This document shows, piece after piece, positions 38,604-51,067 of a stretch of 64,000 bases of DNA. Under the pieces are notes generated by a model that was not told the origin of the DNA, did not search any database, and saw only the letters and a program-made list of their open reading frames with translations. The DNA comes from Octopus vulgaris. Lineage: Eukaryota. Made by a program: the position numbers and the translations under genes. The stretch covers positions 34,906,001 to 34,970,000 of the forward strand of contig OX597829.1 of assembly GCA_951406725.2 (NCBI GenBank), in the 5' to 3' direction. Every line of letters begins with the position of its first letter. Within the stretch, counting starts at the first letter, position 1.

Positions 38604-41036
38604 GGGATCTGGACAAAAGCACCCTAGGACAAAAGTCCCACAGTTATATTTTTTGGTTTTTTTTTGGTTTTTCTTTTCTTTTTCACTTGTTGCAGTCATT
38701 AAACTGTAGCCATGCTGGGGCACCACCTTGAGGAATTTTTAGTCGAATGTATCGACTCCTAGAATTTTTTAAAATAATTTTCAGCCAGCACATGAAGTTA
38801 AGCCTAGAAGGTCTCTCCACATGCTAGAAAAAACAGCCAAATTTAAAAAAAATTTTTTTTTATAATTTCACGTAAACAAAAATAGAAATCGCAGTTGTAA
38901 AGAAAAACTTTTATTTTCCAAAATTCCAATTTTTAAGTAAAAAAAAATATTCTATCAAAAATAAATAAGAATAGAATAGAATAGAATAGAATAACAACAC
39001 AAGACATGTACATGTTTGAATTGTAAAGAAAAAAGGAGTTGGTGACAAAAATATCCCCTTTTAAACACTGCATGGTCGTCCCACAAAAGAAGATAGCCAG
39101 GTATGTGGTATAAAAGAATAAGAATGCTAGTAAAGAATAAGGAGAAAAACACAACTGTTCTACTGTTTGAGAGAGAAAGAAGACTTTACTTACAGATGTG
39201 TACAATAATGATGAGAGCGTGTGTGAGTGCTAGCAGAGTGGTTATCTGAGTGCATGCGACAAGTGTGCCTGTGTCTCTGTGTTTGTGTGTGTTATAAGAG
39301 TGAAACAACAATACCAAGCAAAGAAAGAATGTCCAGACACAAGATGGAGATGGATTTACCAGTTTGTACAGGTACACAATAGCAGGGGTTCTGTGTCAAT
39401 GAATTTGATGGCAAAGAGGAGAGCGGTTACTACGCGTGTAGAAGTTGGTGCTTCAATCCATTGCCAGGCTACATTGATATAGAAAATCTCGCAGGTAATT
39501 CTGGCTGTTAACTTTGGTGAAGTAGTCACAAACAGTGAAAAGTTAAACCTGGACAAATGCTGTGAACATATCAGCACTGGTGGCGAAGACGGCATCAAAG
39601 TGAAGTCGACAGTGGTGATGGCGATGGTAGAGAATGGCGACATTGAGATGAAGGCGACAGTGAAAACGTCCTACTTGATGGTGAATGTTGGTGTCATTGC
39701 TGGCTCTAGCAGGAACATGACTGTCTTGCTGGAACTGGCTGTCTGTGGTGTGGTGAGGTGTGGTCAATGGCCGAAGACCAAAGATGAGAAATAGTGATTT
39801 TCTGATGCCTTTTAAAGCTAAGGGTAGGCTCCACAGAACATCCAAAAGACTGTGTCATGGGACCTTATCTTAAGGCTGTGATTGGTTGGTTTACACACTG
39901 GCGCGAAATAAGACTGCACTAAAACCAACCAATCAGAGTAGTGGATACAACTGAGCCTAAGCAGCCGAAAGATGGTTGCTATCTAACACGACATCATTTC
40001 TAATATATCTCTCAAACAGTGAAAATATCACCGAGCTACACTACAGAGTTCCCCTATCAGACGTTTTGTTGAAGGCAAAAAATAGCGATAAAAGAAAATG
40101 GATATAGCTGCAGTGTAGAGGTGATATCAGAATGGTTGGTCAAATAAACTGGAACTAGGTCACCAATTTGTAGATGTTTGAGTGAACGTAAGGTCTGCTG
40201 AGAATAATAGCGGCTGCATAAGGCCTACTGAATGTAACAGTGGCTGCATGTGCGAAAACGAGGGGTCACCAGTGTAGTGAATGACCGTGCGTAAAGGAGT
40301 TTGGTGACAGAAATATCTCCTTTTAAACGCCACACGGTCACCTACTTACGCTACAAGTAGTTATATTTTCGGTTATGTTTTTTTTTCATCTTTTACTTGT
40401 TTCAGACATTAGACTGTGGCCATGTTGGAGCACTGCCTTGAATTTTTAGTTGAACGTATTGACTCCAGATTTTTTTCCTTTTTACTTGTTGCTGTTATTA
40501 GACTGGGCTATGACGAGGCACCACCTTGAAAAATTTTTAGTCGAATGTATCGACAGCAGAATTTTTTTAATGATTTTCAACAAGCTCATGAAGTAAGCCT
40601 AGAAGGTCTCTCCACATGCTAGAAATAACAGCCAAATCTCTTGAAATTATTTTTATAGCACTCTTGGTTATATTTTTTGGTTATTCTTCGTTTTTTTTTT
40701 ACTATTTTCTAAAAATCTTTTTACTTGTTTCAGACTGCGGCCATGCTGGGGCATCACACTGAGGAAATTTTAGTTGAATATATCAACTCCAGAATTAAAA
40801 AAAAATTTTACTTGTTGCTTGTTATTAGGGGTACCACCTTGAAGAATTTTTAGATGGTTGTATGGAACCCAGCTGAAACAAGCAAAAGGCGAAAAAAAAA
40901 AAAATTTTAAAAAATAACTGAAAAATATAATCGTGGGGCTTTTGTACGATGAGCTTTTGTCTTAGGGGAGCTTTTGTCTCAGGGGAGCTTTTGTCTCAGG
41001 GGAGCTTTTGTCGTAGGGGGCTTTCGGCCGGATAGC
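38604..41036. mobile_element. Putative non-autonomous MULE/foldback-type DNA transposon with modular TIRs
   Basis: Left GGACAAAAGC..GGACAAAAGTCCCAC..TTATATTT is inverted relative to right AAAATATAATCGTGGGGCTTTTGT..(GGGGAGCTTTTGTC)n. Internal direct duplications 38640-38850/40360-40640 and 39030-39080/40293-40340. No clear TSD. Confidence 0.55.
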
Positions 41037-41261
41037 GCTTAGGAGTATGTACCACTTTGGTGCATTACGATTTGACACACATTCATATATACATACATGT
41101 GTGTGCGTGTGTGTGTGTACGTGTGTGTGCGTGTGTGTGCGCGCGCATGTGTGTGTAGTTAATTTTATTAATTAAAGAGACTGAGGAATTTCCAGACGTA
41201 TTCGTCGTCCATTTGTTGTGTTTTAAAAGGTCATAAAGATAGATCGCACATAATAATGGTT

Positions 41262-41710
41262 TCAAATTATGGCGTTAAGAGCAGCAATTTCAGGAAGGGT
41301 TCTCACTCGATTACATCGATCCTAATGCTCAACGGGTACTTATTTTATAAACTTCTAAACGCTGTAAGACAAAGTTGACTTCGGCAGGATTTGAATACAG
41401 AACGTTATGACGGACGAAATGCCGCCCAAAGACCACTAATAAAAGAGGTTTACACGACCTATTTAATAAAATGCACTCGACGACTTAGTAATAATGCTTT
41501 CTGATTTACGTACAAAGCCTGCAGCCTTAAGGAATAGCTTAGTCAAAAGCATTGGCCCCAGTGCTTGACTGGCATTTATATATATATATTTTTTATTGAC
41601 CCCAGGATGAAAGGCAAAATTGACTTCGGTGGGATTTGAAACCATAACGTAAATTGTCGCAAGGAATACAGTTAGGCAGTTTTCCGACCCCCTAAAGATT
41701 CGGTTAACGT
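41262..41710 (-). mobile_element. Two diverged SINE family B copies
   Basis: GATGAAAGGCAAAATTGACTTCGG..GATTTGAA cores at ~41370 and ~41610. Confidence 0.7.
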
Positions 41711-41734
41711 TAATATAAATACCCGGAAGCAAAA

Positions 41735-42127
41735 TCGAAAAAAAAAAAGTAGTGCAAAGGGTGTAAAAAAATGGTGTAGAAAACGAATATGAACACAAAA
41801 ATTTCTGGAAAGCAACGGGCGGTGGGAAGAGGTCTTCGGAAAATTCACAAGATAGGATGTTTTTCCCTCATAACTTTTAGGAAAATGGGATTTTTTAAAT
41901 GATATAAATACTTTTCAAACGGTATAGATTACGATTATGAAGAAATTTGTGGGGAAAATCTTTTGCGAGGAGTTGGGGAGAGGACTTCGGAAAATTTACA
42001 AGATCTGAATTTATTCCCTCGTAACTTTGAGGAAACTATAATCCTTTTGAAATCCCAAATTAGGTTTTTCCCCCAGGAACTTGGATGCTAAACACCCCTT
42101 ACAAAGGGGTCGGGTCCTTCTACTACT
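41735..42127 (+). mobile_element. Helitron-like non-autonomous element (homologue of 7971-8260)
   Basis: Shared ATAATCCTTTTGAAATC...AATTAGG. Terminal hairpin ACCCCTTACAAAGGGGT. Confidence 0.55.
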
Positions 42128-42161
42128 ACACACACACACACAGAGCTCTCTCTCTCTCTCT

Positions 42162-42214
<53 letters not shown>

Positions 42215-42215
<1 letters not shown>

Positions 42216-43415
42216 AGAATTTACACAAAAGCCCCCAACAAAAATCGAAGATAAGTGGGGTAGACAACAAACAGATATATTAGTTTAACGCTCGGGAAGT
42301 GAAAAAGTCTTTAACGTTTCGAGCTCTTCCACAGAGAGGAACACAGAAAGAAACAAAGAGTGAAAATAAAGAATGTGTAGTGGCATGCGATCTATCATGG
42401 CGAATGCCGGGCAGAAGGGTCACACAGAAAAGCTAGGGAGAAGGGGAGATAATAAAGTAGTGGTGAGTCCAAAACGAAGGTGCACGTGCGTGTGTATAAG
42501 AGAGTTTGTATGTGCGTGTGGAAGAGGACTGGTGATTTTGACGTGTGCATGTGTATATGTGTAGGTGTGAAAATGTGGGTATGGGAAGTGGTCAGTGCTG
42601 ATGTGTGCATGATGGTGTATCGTGATGTGATGTGCTGTGTGGTATGGTGTGGTAAGGTGTAGTGTGGTGTGATGTGATGGTGTTGGGAGGTGGGGGAGGC
42701 GAAAGTAAGGAAAGCAAGAGTGGGGTATGGGTTAGGCTGAGGTGGGGTACGTGGGTGTGAGTGTAAGAGATGGGGTAGGGTGTGATGGGGAAAGATAGGA
42801 AAGGTGGGGGTGGAATGTGTAGGAGTGGAGTGGACTTACGAGGGAGGGGTGACATTGAAAGGGGGAAGAGGTGGGTAGGAGTGACGAGAAAAGAGAAGTG
42901 GGTGGGAGGAAGTAGGTGTGAGGGGGAGAGAGGCGAGGGGAGGAGAGTTGAGCCCATGTGGTGCAAAGGAGCGAAGAGAGAAGATTAACGGGAGTCCGGA
43001 TGGTCCCTGTGTAAGGACAATCCGAACATAGATAGGTGTTGCAAAGAGTGATCAGTAGAGCGGAAATGGCGCGAGACCATGGTGTCATTGCCGAGTCGGA
43101 TGTCTCGGAGGTGTTCCGCGATCCGGTCAGCCAAGCGGCGTCCCGTTTGCCCGATGTATAGAGAAAGGCAGAGAGAGCAGGAGATATTGGTAGAAGTGCA
43201 GGAGAAGGAGTCGGTGATATGGTAGGGTGGATGATGGGTGCCGGTGAGGAGGGTGGTGTTGGAGAAGTAAGGGCAAGTGCGGCAGCGTGGGCGGGAGCAG
43301 GGGAACGAGCCGGGTTGGGAGGTTGGGTTAGGGAAGATGTGCGAAGTGGAGGGGTCGGACTGGAGTCGCTGGAAAGCTCGGAGAATGGTGCGTTGGAAGG
43401 TAGGGTGGTGGGGCG
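42215..43415 (-). mobile_element. Penelope-like element 3' end (Neptune-type Cys finger plus GIY-YIG endonuclease) with terminal repeat
   Basis: ORF 42985-43464 GSFPCSRPRCRTCP...FSCTSTNISCSLCLSLYIGQTGRRLADRIAEHLRDI...VSRHF. Confidence 0.9.
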
Positions 43416-43470
43416 GTATATATATATATATATATATATATATGACATACATACACAGACACACGGACAG

Positions 43471-43554
<84 letters not shown>

Positions 43555-43632
43555 GAACTATAACAAGTAAAGCGATGCAGCATAAGCAGCTGGAAATATG
43601 AATTTTAGGAAATAGGTCAGGATGGCATAGTT

Positions 43633-43687
43633 TTGCAAACTTTTTTTTTGTAAGATAATACGTTTTCACAGTCACTTCGATTCCCAT

Positions 43688-43723
<36 letters not shown>

Positions 43724-43912
43724 TGCACGCACGCACACACATACACACACACACACACACATACACACACACACACCTTGCAAACTTTTTTTTTGTAAGA
43801 TAATACGTTCTCATAGTCACTTCGATTCCCATCACACACACACACACACATACACACACCACACACACGCACGCACGCATGCACGCACGCACGCATGCAC
43901 GCACGCACGCAC

Positions 43913-43960
<48 letters not shown>
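43633..43960. repeat. Tandem duplication of a ~55-bp unit plus (CA)n
   Basis: TTGCAAACTTTTTTTTTGTAAGATAATACG...CTTCGATTCCCATC at 43633 and 43778. Confidence 0.85.
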
Positions 43961-44250
43961 GTGTGTGTGTATGCATGTTATATGCGTAATACTCGATTGC
44001 TTCTGTTATGTAGGATTTATGCTTCAACAGATTTCTTGAAGTGTATTCTGTTATTCTATTCTACTTATTTATTTTCAGCTGAATATATTTTGCTTACTTA
44101 AAAGATTTAGCTGTTATTTCTAGCATGTGGAGAGGCCTTCTATGCTTAACTTCATGTGCTGGTTGAAAATTACCTGTGGATATAAGTATTACAATGTTAT
44201 ATTCTCTGCACTGACATCTATATTTACTATATGGTGATCGAAAATAAATG

Positions 44251-44612
44251 TATGAGGTGGTATCAAAATATTCCCAGGTTAGTTCTTCAGCGCGCCAACA
44301 GATGGCAGCACACGGTTGTGTGCAGAGTGAGACGTGGCAGTGACTTTCACGAGGCGGTGTACCGAATGACATCGATGTAGTGAAATTTGTGCTTTTTTTT
44401 TTTTTGATCACGTGTATGTTGTCTGCAATTTTGTCGTGGACAGGAAGTTAGAACAATGAACCAACGTGAAATTTTACGTTGAACTTGGGAAGTTTGCTTA
44501 CAGAGACATTGAGCATATTCTGCAAGCTTACGGTGACGAGACAATGCGTCGTAAGCAATGTTTTGAGTGGCACGGGCCCTTCAAAAGCGGGAAAACATCT
44601 ATGGAAGATGAT
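44251..44612 (+). mobile_element. mariner 5' remnant
   Basis: TA|TGAGGTGGTATCAAAA TIR-like start. NVKFYVELGK..TETL..AYGDETMRRKQCFEWH..FKSGKTSMEDD. Confidence 0.8.
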
Positions 44613-44638
44613 GTATGTATGTAGTCATGAGAGATTCT

Positions 44639-45089
44639 GGACGTTTTCGGTTTGACCGGCAGTTTTTTAAAAATAATTTTCACGTAACTAAACACTTTTA
44701 AACTTCGTATACTGGTAGAATGTGTTTATAAAACATCTTTTTCTCTTGGCTTTATTGAGAAAATTCTATAGTTTGTAAGATATTTGTTGTTTTTTTTTCT
44801 TCAATTTCTGCAATTTCAACCAATCAATGACATCTATTGAGGTGAAAACATTCTGTGCCGTATGAATATGTCCCTCGTTTAAGAAACAGATTGGATTTAT
44901 TTACATTTATGAAGAAAAAAAAGATATCCTGCCCCCACCCTAACCCTAACCCTAACTAACTCTAACTCTAACCCTAACCCTAACCCTAAAACAGATTGAA
45001 ATGCAATAGATCGATACTAGGGTCATAATTATGGGTGACAATTTCATATGACACCGCAAGAAAAAACTGCCGGTCAAACCGAAAAGATC
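44639..45089. mobile_element. MULE-type MITE with 9-bp TSD and internal TAACCC repeats
   Basis: TIRs TTTTCGGTTTGACCGGCAGTTTTT / AAAAACTGCCGGTCAAACCGAAAA. TSD AGAGATTCT at 44630-44638 and 45090-45098. Confidence 0.85.
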
Positions 45090-45601
45090 AGAGATTCTCT
45101 CAAGGTAAATAATGCAGTATTCTGTGTTCTAACAGCCTCCACGTTTAAGTTGGACGTTAAGATTGCCTTTTGGGATTAATTCTCCTGTCGCTATTGATTA
45201 CACAAAACAAACCTAATCCCGAAGTCCCCCATTACCTCCCGGTAAGCTGAAATCGAGTTCAAGTTACTCCCGAGAATAGCCTGAACATGATTTCAAATTA
45301 AAGCTGCATTCTCCACATTTACCCCAATTTGATTTCGCTAAAATAATAAATTCTAGCGTTCACAACTAATATTACCTTTATAACAATAAACATTTAATAT
45401 TGTAAGCTACTCTTAAAATGAAAATAAAGAAAAGGTATTTTTAAACATCCCATAACATTTTTATGATGTCTTAAAAAAGAACTTTGAACATCAGAGATTC
45501 TGACTCTCCGTGTTTATTTTTACCCCCACTGATATCTTGTTTGCATTTGAAGTTAGTTTTCACTATCTTTTAATTTGAAACTAGTTTCAGTTCGAATTCA
45601 C

Positions 45602-46582
45602 GGATCTTTTCCTTTTGAACGGCAGTTTTCAACTCAATTTCTAGTTAACTGAACACTTTTAAACTTCGTATACTGGTAGAATGTATCAAAATAAAACATC
45701 CTTTTTTCTCTTGGCTTTCTTGAGAAAATTGTAATTTGTAAGTTTAACGTAGTTTAATTTTTCGAATTTTAACCAATCGATGGCCTCTATTTAGCTAAAA
45801 TCATTTGCTGCGTCTAAAACTGAGACAACATCCTGTCACTGTTATGTTTATGTTCGGAAAGCGTGTGTATACAATTATAGAATTATTTTGTTTGATAGTT
45901 GTTTAAATTATTTTCCATTGCTTTCGTTTTAGCCTTTCGTGTTTTTTTTTCTTAAGCAATGGAAAATAGTTTAAACAATACACGTGTATCTCAAAACAAA
46001 AACAAAACGAATAATTTTAGACACACGCGTAATAATTAAATTAATTTAAAAATTAAGAAAAAAAACAAAAACGAAAGGCTAAAATTTAGGGTTAGGGTTC
46101 GGGTCAGTGACAGGATGTTGTTTCAGTTTTAGACGCAGCAAATGATTTTAGCTAAATAAAGGCCATCGATTGGTTAAAATTCGAAAAATTAAACTTACAA
46201 ATTACAATTTTCTCAAGAAAGCCAAGAGAAAAAAATGTTTTATTTTGACACATTCTACCAGTATACGAAGTTTAAAAGTGTTTAGTTAACTAGAAATTGT
46301 GTTGAAAACTGCCGTTCAAAAGGAAAAGATTCATCTGTTTCTTAAAGGAGGGACATATTCATTATGCACAGAATGTTATTTACCTAAATAGAGGTCAGCG
46401 ATTGGTTAAAATTGCCGAAATGCTCGAAATTAAATACGAAATATGTTACAACATATAGAATTTTCTCAATAAAGCCAAGAAAAAATGATGTTTTATAACC
46501 ACATTCTACCTGTATACGAAGTTTAAAAGTGTTTAGTTAACTAGAAATTGTGTTGAAAAGTGCCGTTCAAAAGGAAAAGATC
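45602..46582. mobile_element. Foldback element (~240-bp arms) plus an extra right arm, related to the 44639 MITE
   Basis: GGATCTTTTCCTTTTGAACGGCAGTTTT...CATCCTGTCACTG (45602-45841) is inverted at 46105-46331. A related arm ends AAGGAAAAGATCC at 46582. Confidence 0.8.
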
Positions 46583-46929
46583 CGGCGAATCTTCGGTAGA
46601 TACACACGTGACTTTGTTTACATTTCTGAAGATAACAGAAACCCTTTTCTCCCACCCCTAACCCTAACACTAACCCCCACCATATATAAAAAAAAAAACA
46701 CTTTCTTGAAATGTATCCGGTACTTCTGGTACTTACACCGGTATATATACCGAAGTTACACCTGAATATTTGTTGGGATGAGAAAACGACAAAGGTCCGA
46801 ATTAATTAATGAAGCGGAGTCGCAATGACGATAAACAGTTTCATCTTCCGCCGTGAGGACAGTGGCTTAAAATTCATTGGCTAAAAAAATACGTAACTTT
46901 AAATGCTTTTAACTTCATCCTTCAAATCT

Positions 46930-47091
46930 TTTCCCAAATGTTCATCGCCTTGGTGGAGTTCAAATTCCATTAAAGATAGATTTTGCCTTTCATCCTTTTG
47001 GAGGTCGATGAAATAGGTATCAGTTATGAACTAGGCTTGATGTAATCAACTATGCCCCTCACTCCAAATTTCCGTCCTTGTGCCTCTAGAA
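46930..47091 (+). mobile_element. SINE family B, tail interrupted by a hAT MITE
   Basis: GAGTTCAAATTCC..TTTGCCTTTCATCCTTTTGGAGGTCGATGAAATAGGTATCAG. The tail resumes after 47577. Confidence 0.75.
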
Positions 47092-47569
47092 CAGTGATTC
47101 TCAATGGGAGTCCATATGACCTCTGAGGATCCATATAAGATTTTGAGGGTTCCACACAAGCAAAATAGTAAATTGGGTACACACAGTAGTATTTTAAGGG
47201 TCATGAAACAGCAAATTTCTTTCTCTAACGTTTTACATGGTGCAACCAATTCCGGGTAAAAAAAAGGTCACGGTAATAAAGTCACAGGGTTTTGTCCGGG
47301 GGGAGGGGATCCGAGGGCTGTGGTTATCCGAATCCCATAAATTAATTGTGACTTTTTGTCCTAGCCAAAATTATGACTTTATTACTGACTTTTTTTTCTG
47401 TGACTTTATTACCGGTTACCAGTACAACGTGTACAAGTGACTGTGTAAATAACAAAATAGGAATTTTGAAAGAAATATCTATAAAACTTAGTTTTTAAAC
47501 ATCAAAAGGCTAGGAGGATCCACCAGGATAGAATAGTAATCAAATGGGTTCACAGATTAAAAAATACTG
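47092..47569. mobile_element. hAT-Charlie-type MITE with a nested smaller MITE (47243-47420)
   Basis: CAGTGATTCTCAA...AAAAATACTG termini. 8-bp TSD CTCTAGAA/CTATAGAA (NTCTAGAN-type target). Confidence 0.8.
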
Positions 47570-47849
47570 CTATAGAAGAAAGGATGGATCCTTTTCGTTT
47601 TCTTCAAACCATAAATCTTAATCTGAAAGTTTTCGAAAATGTACTTTTGGTATAGTTTTGCAAGCTGGTGACGAATATCGCAGTTACTGATTTAGAAAAT
47701 TTATTAAAATGAAGGCAAGTAATCATGGAAAAGTATATTCTGTTAGTTTTAAGAATATAAGTATTCCAAATCAAAATGAAATGAATCGTGAATCATCAAC
47801 ATCAAATCAAATGAATGTAAAAAAATATGATTCCAATGGTTAGCTTACA

Positions 47850-49350
47850 TATTGATCCAAAGGAATTCGACTTGTGCTGTGCATCTGGACCAGTTTCAAT
47901 GACCAGCAGTAATCTGCCATCATGCTGACATTCTATTTACCCTGATATTGCGTTTCCATAGTGCAAATATCCTGAAGGAACCACTCTCTTTGTTCCTCAC
48001 TGTAGTCACCACAGTTTTTAGGAAAGTAGTCAAGATGTGAGTACAAAAAGTGCCTCTTGACATTCAGTCTGGACGCAAGTTGTCGGAAATTTGACACCAA
48101 GTCTTGAATCATTTTTCATATTCATATTCTGGGGAGTCGCTGTTTCCCAAGAAATTTTGAACAATCTGTTTGAAGGAAAACCAGGCATTCACCTCGATAC
48201 CTGCTTATGCTTCCTCAAAATGCTTGTCCTTCATTGATTCCTGAATATGAGTGCCAATGAAGATTCCTGCCTTGAGCTTGCCTTCTCTTATATGAGGAAA
48301 CTTTGACTCCAGGTACTTGAAGCTGCTCCATTCTTGTTCAGGGTCTTCACAAAATTTTTCGTAAGTCCTAATTTGATGTAGAGTGGTGGCAACAGAATTT
48401 TCTTGGGGTCAACTTGTGGCACAGCTTTCACACTGAATTCTGGGTAAGAAGCTGGTTTTTGGTGGCCAGTCTTTTTGTTCATAGTGATGGCTGTCTGCCA
48501 TACTATCTGAAACAAAAGAAACAGGGATACTTGGTGTATCCCCCTTGAAAACCTAGTAGGAGAGCAATAACTCTTAAATCACAAATGAGAAAATTGTGGT
48601 TACGGAACTTGATGGCAGTTATTAGTGTCTTCATATTTTCGTAAGTTTCTGCCATTTGGATAACATGGCCAATTGACACAGATGCAGCAGTTAGAAGAAT
48701 CACCAAAGAGCCTCCATTCATCTATTTTGTATGACATCTCCGTGTGTTCAATAAAGCCAGAAATATTTGAGTAGAAAACTAGAGAATCCTGTTTCTCAAA
48801 GAACTGAGTGAATTCCACTTCACGATGATGATACCGAGCAAATGTTCCAAGCAAATGTTCCTTCAGTCTAGAGCCAAGTAACTGTGCACTTTATTTTGGA
48901 AGGTAAAGGTCCCTCACCAAGTCGTTGAGGTCAACTTGTTTGAAGAGTTTGGGATTGTCATTTGTTGGTGGTTCATAGTCTACTTCCATCTCATTAGTAT
49001 CACTAGTATCAAACTCTTATGAAATTTCCCATGTCTTGGGTGGTATAGGTACAGGAATATTATCTGAGTGTGGAACAAATCTTATTGCTGACAGAAAATT
49101 TAGGTATATTATGTGATCTTTCATCTTGTTGAATTCAGCTACTTTAGTCATAGCAGTCGTCATGATGGTTCATTTTGTCCCACCATACCATTGGTACTCC
49201 AAAGGGCCTACATTTCAGTTTTCCATCTGACCACATATGGAGCTTACTAATGCAGCTCTTGCAAGCTTTGTGGGGTGCAAATGACTTGTCCTGGTCTCCC
49301 AGTTTGCAGCCAAAATAAGCTAAATAGCAACACTTCAACAAAGGAATAAT
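47850..49350 (-). mobile_element. Decayed DNA transposase, probably Chapaev(3)-type (CMC group)
   Basis: YFGCKLGDQDKSFAPHKAC, FGVPMVW...HHDDCY, DLRVIALLLGFQGGYTKYPCF, LLPPLYIKLGLTKNFVK, HFLYSHLDYFP, MMADYCWSL, with multiple frameshifts. The family name is from recalled motifs. Confidence 0.75.
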
Positions 49351-49354
49351 ATTG

Positions 49355-49544
49355 CTCTGGGTATCTGAAGGAGTGTAGAATGCTTCCCTTTCACAGAAAG
49401 CGGAAGAGTAGATGCTCCAGTCTGGTCAGACTGAACTGGTGCAAGGCACGACGGTTAGGCGGTAATATATAACGGAGGCGATGTAGTCATTCTTCATCTC
49501 TGCCCGACCATTCAAGGATAGCATTCGCTCGGCCTTAGTTTCTG

Positions 49545-49545
<1 letters not shown>
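49355..49545 (-). mobile_element. Tx1/L1-like ORF2 fragment
   Basis: RMLSLNGRAEMKNDYIASVIYYRLTVVPC resembles the post-RT LSLxGR motif. Confidence 0.6.
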
Positions 49546-49796
<251 letters not shown>

Positions 49797-51067
49797 CGCC
49801 CCCGTCCTATGCTCAGCAGCAGCAGGAAACTTGCCAGCCCGTTTCCGTTTCCTCGTTGGTCACTGTTCGGTAGCATCAGAAGAAAGTTTGATATCTCTTA
49901 CTGTCACAGTCGCCCATAACCTGGGCTCCGTTTCACACTCGCCGCCGAATTCCGTCGCTCCCTCAATCGTCGTGTCCAGCTTCCGACAACGACTTCCTCC
50001 TGGTATTTCGTGCCCATGTTCGCTGTCACCATCGTGCTGTTTTCCTTAGCAGCGACAGAACACTCGCCCGGCATCTCACTCGTGTCTTCTTCTTCGTTCT
50101 TTGTCAACCCTTGGCCTTGACTCACTCACCTCCCCGTGAAGAGTGTCGCATGTCGCAACGTCCTCGCCGAATGCTGCTGAATCATAGTGGGCGCATTGTG
50201 CGTTGTACCTCTCCCATCGCGGAGGCACTTGCTATTTTCTTTCCAGTCGTGGACTCGGCTAGAGTATATTACTGTCTTCATGCTTTGTCGCTACATCGCA
50301 GGGAACGAATTAGCAATCACTTTCAAATCCGTCATCGGTGTTATGCTGACAAGCAAGAGAGCAGCATTGTCTTTCCAGAATGGATTACTAGTGGCACTTA
50401 TGGGTATCGCTGCACTGCCGTCGCGAAAATTATCACGAACGTGTTCCTGTTCGCGTTCATGATACTTTTTACTTCGTTATTCGGTGATACCGCTTCACTC
50501 CGGCGACAATAGTCCCGCCAATCGTCATGCTCTCTGTTACACTCAAGCTGCAGACCGACGCAGCAGCGGACGAGTACGGTGTAATTAGTTTCGGAGGCAC
50601 AATCACAGACGGTGCACACTCCGTCCGATTTCGCGGTCACTTCGTTTCACTTTCGACCCAGCTTACTTAACGGTTGCACACTTAGATCTGAGGTAGCTTC
50701 ATGCGTTGCTATTGGTTTTGACCAACTCTCGTTTCCGCCTGTTCCTCACAGCCCGAACAAACAGGCGATTTTTCATAGGCAACTGTTTGCTTGTTGGGCC
50801 ACGTGCGCGCGAACGTTCAACGATCAACACAAGATCTTCAAGTCGCAGTCATCAGTGTTTGATCGGTTCATGTTATCGCGGGTAGAAGCGGTTCTTCAGT
50901 GGACAGCCCACCTCATCTTCAACAAGAGCGATAACAAATATGCGCTCACACCGTTTGTGGTATTAGGGAAAAAAGGGCTGTTGCCGAGAAACCACCATTT
51001 TCTTCCCTTGTCATTTTTCTCTTCTGCCTTTGCTCTGTGTCGCTGTTATCCTCACTCTCGCCACTGA

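Noticed and set aside
42732-43583. 283-aa Pro/Ser-rich ORF, the longest in the track
   Set aside because: Alternative frame over the Penelope GIY-YIG region and flanking microsatellites.
50385-50462. Minus-strand EREQEHVRDNFRDGSAAIPISATS resembling a DEAD-box helicase segment
   Set aside because: The expected following ARGLD motif and upstream HG motif are absent and the frame is closed by stops; likely chance.
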